Positions 53,542 through 64,000 of a stretch of 64,000 bases of DNA are shown in pieces (position 1 is the first letter of the stretch; each line of letters starts with the position of its first letter). The notes under the pieces were generated by a model. It worked only from the letters and a program-made list of their open reading frames with translations, made no database searches and was not told the DNA's origin. Source of the stretch: Chrysomallon squamiferum (taxonomy: Eukaryota; Animalia; Mollusca); NCBI GenBank assembly GCA_012295275.1, contig CM022665.1, forward strand, positions 23,746,001 through 23,810,000, in the 5' to 3' direction. A program made the position numbers and the translations under genes.

Positions 53542-55085
53542 GACTTGATTTATAATTGAAACGTGTGCGTTCTAATGGATCATTCGGCAAATACGTTCGA
53601 AGTCTACACTATCAACCGAAAGTATATGAACTGGTAGACGTTTTTCAAAATGGCGGCAAGAGGTCGCCCATGTGTCCTCGTTATAAAATATAAATCTGAA
53701 ACATACTCGGAATGGGCTGATATCAATTAAAATAAATTATAATTATTGGCTGAAATTACGCGTGTTTTAGTGAGATGTTATTTATATGTCTTCATCTTAG
53801 AAATGCCGGAACGTTGGGAACTATTAATTTTATTATTATGGATTTTTTCGAAACAAACAAAACAAATAATAATTGGTTCATTGTTTGTTTTTTGTTTTTT
53901 TAATTTTTAAAAATATTTATTATACTGGTGTTATATATATATAATTAGATACACAAATTTAAAAAAGATATGCATCTATATCGCCAAAATACAAGATTTT
54001 CCAGATCCTGAATAGTGTTAACTGCGCATATATCATACCTTTGTTCACATATCCTTGCATAATGTATGAAGAACTTCAAAAACTCTTTCCACAAATAGAA
54101 ACTGAGCGACCTATTTGTAGTTAAATTAGTGCTCCCGGTGATTATTAATACTGAAGTAATACCAAACACATTTTTCGTTACACATGTAATTAAAACAATA
54201 ACCTCCAACACTAAAGACAACCATAACAAAGTTTTGGAGATTTCACAATGATGTATTTCGTGCAGAACGTGTTGCACGGTGACACTAACCAATGTATTTG
54301 AGAGACCTCGTTATTACAATGAAAACCTTCGTTTATGTTGTCGATTGTTAGCGTGGATAATAATTAGACAAGTTATTTTTTAACACGTACTATAAATGTT
54401 AATAGACAGTTAAATTATATAAACGTCTTGGTGGTTTTGTTTTTCCTCTGATTAAATATTAATATTTCATAATTTAGTATTAAAAATTTATAATCTTTCA
54501 TAAAAGTACGCGAACTCGTGTGCGAAACGTAAATATGTGCAGGCGTCATAGAGCATCTTCAAGTATAATTTGTCTTCATAGCTTCTAAAAATTATTTGTT
54601 GTTATTCATCTCCTTGTTTATTCCAGTTTAGTACTCTATATCGTTCTGTTTGAAAAAATAAATAAAAATAAATTAAAGGTTAAGCAGTCTATAATCAGAG
54701 CAAATACGTAGAATTTTCGTTTCAAGCAACTGTAACATCTTTGCCACTGTACGCTAAGTCTGCAGCTGATAATTTTAGTTTATTTTTATTTGACAAAGTG
54801 AGACATTATGTCCATGATAGATGTACATGTACTAGATGGAAACGTAAAAAATCAACAATGTTTTTTGAATCCGTATTCGCAATGAATTTCTAATTATACA
54901 TTTACAAATAATTTGATTGTTATTTGGTTTTATTTTAAGATTAATTATATTTTTTTAAACATGAAATGTAAACATTTGTGTTACACTATAAAAATTTTGA
55001 AAATACAAATAAAAAATATAATTATTTTTATCTTTGGTGAAATCTCGTTACACGTTATCACCACAGAGCAACGATTTGTAACAAC
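53542..55085. promoter_or_regulatory. Divergent promoter region between the hnRNP U-like gene and EFCAB2
   Basis: The two start codons are 1.5 kb apart, head to head. A YY1-type CAAAATGGCGGC lies at about 53646-53657, and CpG content is locally raised. Confidence 0.55.
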
Positions 55086-57661
55086 ATGGCTACCGACGAA
55101 GCTAAAGAAAATGCAGGTTTGTTTAAAATAAAACTAATACAGCTACTCTCTTTCTTTATTTATTTTTAAAATTATGAAATAAAAAGCAGTCGTAGATAAA
55201 TTTCCAATATTATATTCTGTCATAGTCTGTAACACTTTTAATAAGTTAAAAGGAATACAATTATAAACACTAAGTAATGCGATAAACTATAGAGATATAA
55301 TTTTAGTGTCACAGAATAAGAGAAAATAGATTATTATTATTATTATTATTATTATTATTTATATTTTTTTCAGAGTCCCTGTTTGCAGAAACACAAAAGA
55401 AAATAGAAGAAGCTTTTGATATATTTGATCATGAATCCAATAAAACTGTTGATGTCAGGTTCGTTTGATAAATTATTTTAGATGTCTATTAGACACACAT
55501 TTATTTTAGTGATACTTACAAAATTGTTAGTGGTTTTTTTTTTTTTTCTTTTTGTTTTGGTTGTTTGTTGGGTTTTTGGGCGTTTTTTTTTTTTATAGTC
55601 TCATATACCAGTAAAAGTAATTATCTAGATTGCTGAATGTAAGCAGGAGTTTTCCCATGAACGTCATGCCTACAACAGAATTGCTATGTTACATTACTAA
55701 ATTCATTTATGTTGGTAGTTAGTCCTTCCCATACATGTTATCCTGTACAAAAACCCACCACCAACAACAGAACCCTCCAAAAACCAAAACAGTCTATTGA
55801 CTAATATATATATAAAACTGAAAAAAAAAATAATGGTTAATTATCTGCATATAACAAGTTAAAAATTCCCCTTGTGAATAATCTTTTATAAATGAAAGTG
55901 AATCAGTTTACATTAGCCTGATTTAATTCTACACATGAATATTAAAGATACATTTGATATTGAAAATTTAAAAATTTTATAATTATATAAACATTATTTA
56001 CTAATAAAAACTATAATTGTTAGTGATGATCACATGCTGGTTGTCTTGAAATCAAATCTTTTTCTTAAATTTTTAAATTTTCTCTACAGGGAAATTGGTA
56101 CTATAATTCGATCCTTAAACTGTTGTCCAAGTGAAGCAGAATTGCATGATATGTTGGCAGAGGTTTGTAATTTCTATTTAATTTCTATTTAATTTAATTA
56201 CTTATTTTTTATTTTATTTTATTTTTTTAAAGTGGGAAATACATAAGCCTGGGCATTCATTTTGTTACTAAATATTATTTTTATTGTTTTGGTTGGAAAT
56301 TTAATTGTTAGTAGGAAACAATTAGATGTAAGGTGAAACAATAGTAAATAGATTTCATGTAGTTATGCATGATATAAATTGTACATTTGTGTTATAATTC
56401 AGTACCTGTTCTCAGAGTGTCTCAGTAATAATGAACTACTGAAACATGTTCAAGTTACTTTTGCTTTATTTTTAGATAGAAGAAGAAGAACCAACTGGAT
56501 ATATTCGATTTGAAAAGTTCCTACCTATGATGACACAAGTATTGATTGAAAGAAGGTATTAATATGATAATGATGTCTAATGTTTAAAAAAAAAACAAAT
56601 TATTACTCTTACCAAAATTTTATCAACTAAAATGCCTTCTTTAATGAAACTTTGTATTTAATAAAATTAAGGTTGTACAGTATTAAAAAAAAAACATCTT
56701 CAAAACAACCCCAAACACTTTAGTTATGACTTGTAAATGCTACAATATGCTGAGAAAATCTGCACATATCTGTAGTTTATTTATTCTTTAATTACAATCT
56801 TCACTTATCAGAACATACCATATTTTCCACTTGACCATACTATGATATATAAAAAAACAAAACAATGATAAACCTCTACTTAAACCTTCCGTATAAACTT
56901 ACCCAGAAACCAAAAAAATATTTAAAATAATCGAACTCACACTTTCTTTATTTTTAAAATTGTTTTAAAATCATTTTATTCTTAATTTTACATACAAATT
57001 ATTTTAGCATTCTTGTTTTGACAGGTATAAACCAGCCCCAGAAGATCAGTTACTCAAGGCTTTCCAGGTTTTAGATAGTGAAAAGAAAGGCTTCTTAACA
57101 CAGGAAGAACTGAAAAAATACATGACAGAAGAAGGTTTACAAGAAATAGAAAAAAATATATTTTGATCACGTGTGCTTTACACAAAAGTCAAAACACATA
57201 TAAGATAATATAAAAAATTAGAAAAATAATTATGCATGTACATTTCACTTAAGTAAGAAATATGAAATTTATTCATTACTCAAAACACTAATGACCAAAC
57301 AAATAGATGAATTTTCAGTTACACAAATTTCCTTTTTCTAAAGTTTATCATGATTTATTAAGTTTCAGAATAGGGGTAGTATTATGGTGAAATCACTTTC
57401 AAGATAATTACAAAGCAAAATGTCATCTACTAAAAGTTGTTAATAGAAATTTATGTTATCTTTATAGATACCCATGGTCTTAATGGATCAAAGCCATTTA
57501 TCATGAAATAGTAAGTGATATTTTTAATTTAATTTTTTTTAAAAGGTGAACCATTTGCACAAGAAGAACTGGAAGAAATGATGTCAGCTGCACTGGACCC
57601 AGATAAAAACTGTATTATGTACAAGGATTTTGTGTCAGAAATGGCTGTGGAAGAAACATAA
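55086..57661 (+). CDS. EFCAB2: EF-hand calcium-binding domain protein 2 (dynein regulatory complex subunit DRC8), 6 exons, 164 aa
   Basis: Exons 55086-55116, 55374-55458, 56090-56162, 56476-56555, 57025-57134, 57546-57661 (495 nt). The translation EAFDIFDHESNKTVDVREIGTIIRSLNCCPSEAELHDMLAEIEEEEPTGYIRFEKFLPMM...KYMTEEGEPFAQEELEEMMSAALDP matches the EFCAB2 family. AATAAA at 57743. Confidence 0.93.
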
Positions 57662-58628
57662 TAGAATTCTTTTAAATGTTTATGTACATAACTGTTGGTT
57701 TTTAACAACATTTCATTTGTATGTTATTTACATCATTTGATTAATAAATTCATGCATGTACATTCTTGTTTATGTGATTTTGTTTGAAGTTATTTGGCAC
57801 AATATTTAACAGAAGTAACATAAATAAAACTTACAGTAATCTTCTTGAGAATATTTTATCAGCAGTTGTTTAAATAAATCATCTGTACCAGTGTTCTAGC
57901 CGTTGTGAATTTAACTGTGTGAGATTATAACATTAGCATAAGTGAAAATATTTTATGTAAAATGAATTGTGTTGCAGATTTTCTCAACTTGTATATTTGA
58001 TTTTAATAATGAAATGAAGATGTTAGTCCAAAGTCATAATTCTTTAAAAAAGTATAGATATTATGCTATTTGCAGTGTAATGTGTGTATGTAATGTGCTT
58101 GTTTCCTATTACCAAAATCAAATATATCATGATAAGAAATGTAAGAGAAAAACAAGATATATAACATTTTTCAAAACAATCCCAATGTAGGGCTGGATCT
58201 TGACTTTTGGAGGACTGTGCCACTTAAGGTTCTAGTTGCCTTTCAACATAGAAATTAAATTACATGACAAATTAATTTTTTTTTTACTTAAGTGAATGAC
58301 AAACCACATTTCTTAGATATGTTATGGTCTGAAGATGGTTTTATTTTTCTTGATTTTACTGACTTAAGTACTTCTGAATACAATTTTCAGCTTATTATTG
58401 AGGTCATGGTGATCAAAAAAATACTGTTAAATAAATAAGATATAAAGTTCTGTGGAGCCTTCATTTCTTTAAACAATACACATCACTGTTAACTTTATCT
58501 TCTTTTTAATACTAATTATTAATTACTGTATTCATACTAAATAAAAATAATCTTTTGCAGTATGTTATCAATTTATCTTTGTTATTCAAAGGGCACTGCA
58601 CCCCCCCTCCCCACACATTACACAGTTA

Positions 58629-59385
58629 CCGTATATACTTGTGTATAAGTCGAATTTTTGGGAGACTATATTAAGGCAATATTTTGGGGGTCGACTTATA
58701 CATAGGTAATGCTTTTGTAGCTGTTTCTTAAGAGTCGCCATTTTGACTTTTTTGCTACGGGATGCATCTAAAATAATCGCGGTCTTTCAGCTTTTCAAAA
58801 ATATAATTTTATCGTATAAAAAATTTTGAAAAATTAAATAACAAAACCAAATATGAACGTAAAACATGATATTCTTCCGTTTAATGACATAAAAATACAC
58901 TTTAAAGCGAGAAAACCGTCAGTACGGCGTTATGCCTTACGGCGTCTTGCAATAATCTAGGAATGCAGACTTCTCTGCCAAATTGCACTAAATATCGGTC
59001 CTAATTTCATAAACTCACTTGTGTAATTGTAAAGAATTTGGTGAACTAATATTGCACACGTCATTAATATCCACTACCGACAAATCGACTAAATATAACG
59101 GTAAGTTAGACCTATTACAGTAAAGAGATACTATTTATGATACATTTAGGCTATAGCTCGTGTAATACATGCATTTACGTTATTATGGTATGTTCGTGCA
59201 AGTTATGTTACAGTAGGCGTACAATGTAGGCCTTCATGGCACTGTCACACTGGTCTAAAAAGAGTGACGGTGCCTGGAATCTACAGTCGACTTATACACA
59301 AGTAATACTTAAAATGACGCAATTTTTTATCTTAAAATACACATCGACTTATACATAAGGTCGCCTTGTACACAAGTATATACGG
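58629..59385. mobile_element. Non-autonomous Tc1/mariner-superfamily (Tc2/pogo-like) DNA transposon, 757 bp
   Basis: 25-bp TIRs CCGTATATACTTGTGTATAAGTCGA and TCGCCTTGTACACAAGTATATACGG (2 mismatches). TA on both flanks. Subterminal TCGACTTATAC repeats at about 58691, 59287 and 59344. No transposase ORF. Confidence 0.85.
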
Positions 59386-60146
59386 TAAGTCTTCTTTTTT
59401 TTTTTTTAATAAAAGAAGTTTGGTCAGGCCCTCCAGCAGAAAGTCTGGGGTAATTGCCCCCTTTGCCCCTTATAAATCAAATGTGCCCACTATGTTAAGT
59501 TGTTGTTGTTTGTTTTGATTTTTTGTTTTTTAACTAATGTTTAGATATATGATGATTGATGTAGTTCTAATATGTGGAATCCATTGTTTTGTTTTTAAGA
59601 AATTAAGATTCTGTTGGCGAGTTTAAATTTATTATTAACATATTGAGGTCTGATTATTTCTGGGGTCTGTACAAATATTTTAAACGTAAAAAAGAAGAAA
59701 AAAAAGTAAATCTATATATATATATATAAACCGATTTTGAACCAACAATAGACTGGGTATACATCTGAAGTAGAGATAAAGCGATTGACTTTTGAATGAT
59801 AACCGATTACGGCTCAGTGAGCTGTTAATCATTCCAGTGAGAGTTTCTCAACAGGTAACAAATAATGACTTTAATGTGGCATGTACTATTCTGTTTGTGC
59901 ACGTATAGATTATTAGAAAAAATTCCGATTTTTGTTCGCCATCGCCTGAAGGCAACAGTTCCTTTAAATAAAGGTATGATACCATATAAGTGTAGATTTT
60001 TAAAAAAAGTGTTAAGAACGCCGGTGAATAAAATATGTCTTGCTTCTAAACAAAACATGTTTCGAGACAACGATGGACAAGATTCTGTTCCAAAGGGAAG
60101 TAACTGCAAACGTTTCGAACGGGTTCCCGATGTAAACAGTAACGCA

Positions 60147-61805
60147 ATGGCTGCGGCAAAGTTGCTGACGGTTGAGTTCGAAGTCTTTGGAATTGTGCAA
60201 GGTGAGTTCACAGCAAATAATTGTAATGTAATAAAAAAAAGTAAATGATTATTTTATTTATGAACATTTCATTATACATTCATAAATATTGTGTTATAAG
60301 AAAATAAAAAGGATCATATTCAAATATTTTTTTATTATATTAACTGACGCTCTCAGAATGTTCTTGAAGATGAATGCTTAACATCCAGAACTTTTAATTT
60401 TATTTAAATTTTTTTTTTTTTTTTTTAAATAATAATTATATAGATTAATGCATGTTCACATGTTATTATAATTGAATAGTACTTTTAATTTTTAAGTATT
60501 GGAGTTGTATTTGTTTAATTCATTATGCCAGTGATAGAAAATGAAATGAAGGTCGCATTCTTTTCTTGTTTTAGGAGTTTTCTTCAGAAAGGTAGGTGTT
60601 TTGTTTATTTCAGTTTACTTTATATGCATTTTGTTTCCATTAAGTTTATATAAATTAAGATGAATCATATAGCTGAAATTAAATATACAATTACAAATAT
60701 TTTTATATTTTTTTATATTTAAAACTCATAATTTGTATTATAGAAAAGATGGTTAATAAATATTAAGTTGTGCGATTTTCTTTCTTTTATTTTCCGTATT
60801 AACATTTCCTGTGTTAAAATTATTTTAAAAAGCCTTTTTTACATCTATTCTTTTGCACTTTCAGTACACTAAAAGGATGGCAGATAAGCTGAACTTAGTT
60901 GGATGGGTGAGAAATACAGAAAAAAGCACTGTTGTTGGTCAACTACAAGGACCAGAAAATATGATCAACACAATGTAAATTTATTAATAATAATGTTTAA
61001 TTGGACATTAAAATGTTAAGTCCAGTAATTTTCAACATATGGGTGGTCCTGCCTTCTTGGTGCACCGTGAGATTATGTATTCATTTAAATATACATTAAT
61101 GTACAAGTGCTTTTATTTCTTTATATAATTCACTGGAAAATAAAAAATTCAAGTTAGATTTTGCCACTCTTCAAAATAATTTGGTTTTGGGTTAACAACA
61201 ACTGATTTAGCTATTCCATTAGTGACATGTAAGTAACAATTTTTAATTAAATACATTTATATTTCTGTATACCAGTTTGTGCAATTATATTAAATTGTAC
61301 ATTAATGTATTTTCTGCTTATTATATACAGTAGTTATTGTAATTAGTATCTGTATATGCATATATACATAGTGAATTCTGATTAATTGCTCCATACTGGG
61401 ACACAGTAGTTTAGGAAAAATATGGCATCCAAAATGAAATATTTTTTTATTTTTTTTATTTTTTTTTACTCCATTTAGATTTGTCCCAATGTATGGCTAT
61501 TCCAAGAAACCACAATCTTCTATATGTGATGAGAAGAAAATTGCATACAGACAGATAACTGTTTAAAAATTTGAAAAAAAACACAAAAAAACCAATGTAC
61601 TGGAGTCATTAATAAATGTATTTTACTTAATATTTCATGTACAAAATTTGAAATATATATTTAAATGACTCATGTTTGCATATTTTACAGGAAACAATGG
61701 CTGAAGACGGAAGGAAGTCCTAAATCCAAAATTTCTAAATGTATTTTCAGAAATGAACAAACAGTGAACAAATTGGCATTTCGGGAGTTTCAGATTGTAA
61801 CATAA
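60147..61805 (+). CDS. ACYP: Acylphosphatase, 4 exons, 98 aa
   Basis: Exons 60147-60201, 60575-60591, 60865-60974, 61691-61805 (297 nt). Signature motifs: FEVFGIVQGVFFRK, GWVRNT, GQLQG, WLKTEGSPKSKI. Confidence 0.93.
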
Positions 61806-64000
61806 TTTTGAAATTTTTTGATATTTATATCCCGGTAACTAATAATATGTTGGAACTATTTTTAAGAGATAAAATGCATTTGTGTTAGAATTTTAAAGCA
61901 AAAGTTAGATTCCACAAAGGTATTTGCAAGAGAATGTTTATTTTTTAAGTTCTGTGATAATTTTGTTTTACCAACATTTTGCTAGTAAGTGTTAATCCAA
62001 CAGCATTCAGTTTTTCCATTGTGTGGAAGATTATTGAGATTAATAAAGTGTTAAAAATTATAATTTCATTTGTTCCTATATGTGCAAGATCATTCCAAAT
62101 TTTTATCTTGTTTCTTTATAGATATTTTTGTCTTGCAGCCTTTTTTTTTCAATTCAGCAACTGTTGACAATACAGATCTCTAAATTTGTATGTATTGTTT
62201 TTTTCCTGTACATTGTTATGATTCAGTGAGTCTTCCACATTAAAATAATCTAACCATACTTGTACTGAAAATAATATAGTTAATGCACTGCAAATGAAAG
62301 CATGCCCACATGACTGAAAGTGTTTGCACAAGCATGTTTCTTTTAAAAAAATGTGGTTTGGCCATTTTCCTCTTTATTATTGATTTTAATTTCTGTGCAG
62401 TGTTCTTGTTAAATTCCAAACCACAATTTAAATAGCTCTCTCTAAATGAAAATGTTGATTTTATTTTCAGTTTCATTAATACTGTATCAGATTAATAGAA
62501 ATCTGAGAAGCCAAATTTAATAAAATATTTTCTATTGCTAACATTAACAACTAACAGAAATACCATCCTTTTTGCATAACTCCAACAGTTCAGTCATTTT
62601 ATCTTGTCTTTAACAGATTTTTGTTTTTGTCACAACTGTTGAATATTAAAAATCCAAAAAAGTAAATAAATATTAGGGCTTAATTTTTAATACATTATAG
62701 TTATTGTGTTAATAGCAGCAATATCATGTTAGTTTGTCTAAAGCTGAATAATACCAAAATAACTGCAAATTATAATTTGAATATCTTTTAGTTTATAATA
62801 AACAGGGATTGGTCAGTGAAGGCTGAAAATGCACATCACATATACATGCTAACAGGCTTTTGTTCATCCTTTATTTATTAGGTGTTTTTAAAAAAAAAAA
62901 ATTAGCAGATTTTTTGGTCAGTTTCATATTGCATATTTTACTGTCACAACTGATTTAGTAACTGGTATATTTCTTGCAAGGTTATTTTTCATTAGCTGTT
63001 AATATCTTTCAGTTAATTGGATGATCATCAAAATTGTATTATTGTGTTTCTGGGAGTTTTTATTTTGATGATACTCAAGTTCCTTTGAAAAGATATAACA
63101 TTAATTAACTGACGTTGGAGATTTGTTGAAAACTGTAAACTTCACATCTGAAATTGCTTTTGGTTCCTTCTTGGTCCAGAACATATGGGTGAAATTAAAT
63201 AGCAATATACATCATTTAAATCCAGGTTATCCTCTTACATACATAAACACTATGATACTTTTTAAAAAGGCAGTTCACATGGGTTTTGAACCAGGAAGAA
63301 CCACTATTTATATTATGATCAAAAACAGAACAAATAGCACAGAGGCAGGGTTTTATTGTGTAGCAATAACAGTTTTGATATTTACATTGTCTGTATGTGG
63401 CTCTAAGTTATGTGAAAGAAGCTAATACTGAACAAATGATTTTGCTCTGTTTATAGTGTAGAATATATCACACATATCACAGAGATAAACACAGCAGAAA
63501 GAATTGTCTGCAGTTATGTGGTGTACAAACAAAACCAATGTCAAAGCAGTTACTCATGAAAGAAGACTCTTAAAGACAAACAAAAAGCTAATGTTTAAGT
63601 CTAAAACAAAAATGTATGATTTTATAGTATAATATAATTAAAAAAAAACAATAACAACAACAACAATTATTTGTATAATTACAATAAAGTTTATATTTTT
63701 TATTCACCCTTTAAATGGTTAATGCCTTGTGGTTATAATTCCAAAACCTTAAGCACATATATGTAATCAGATATTTAAATTTATAACATGCACAACAAAT
63801 GAGGCTAAAAAGGTGTTTAGAAGTCAATAAAAAAATGCATTAATTTATCAGAACATTTGTTGCCCTAATTTGTACCATACGGAAAGGTTTTTATTTTTTC
63901 TGGTGTACTTTTTGAATGATGAATGACTAATCAGATAATCAGAATACACTAAACACTAATATTGCAGATAAAATAAAATTAAAGGAATAAATATTCCCCA

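Noticed and set aside
55054-55072. RFX X-box upstream of the ciliary gene EFCAB2
   Set aside because: Only an AGCAAC half-site matches, and the spacing does not fit the consensus.

Overview
AT-rich, intron-rich animal genomic DNA, probably a gastropod mollusc (inferred from remembered SINE fragments; species not established). I rebuilt five spliced genes by hand. (1) A 15-exon cathepsin F on the minus strand (21695-5628, 584 aa): signal peptide, two cystatin domains, I29 propeptide and an intact Cys/His/Asn papain domain. (2) A head-to-head inverted partial duplicate of it on the plus strand (30441-35323). Its first five exons are open and end in a short terminal exon, giving a predicted secreted 228-aa two-domain cystatin. 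Its protease exons are deleted or decayed. (3) An hnRNP U/UL1-like gene (minus, 53541-44644). (4) EFCAB2/DRC8 (plus, 55086-57661), divergent from the hnRNP gene. (5) Acylphosphatase (plus, 60147-61805). The main candidate system is the protease/inhibitor pair. The cathepsin F gene has a hidden alternative last exon that would yield a cystatin-only isoform, and the duplicate appears to have fixed that isoform as its own gene. Near-identical tracts between the two arms (likely gene conversion) skip an almost purely non-synonymous island over a cystatin binding loop. The hnRNP U-like gene also has GC-AG introns, an RS-rich exon, and an intron dense in decoy 5' splice sites with a candidate poison exon. 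All difference counts are manual. No database search was possible, so novelty is unverified.
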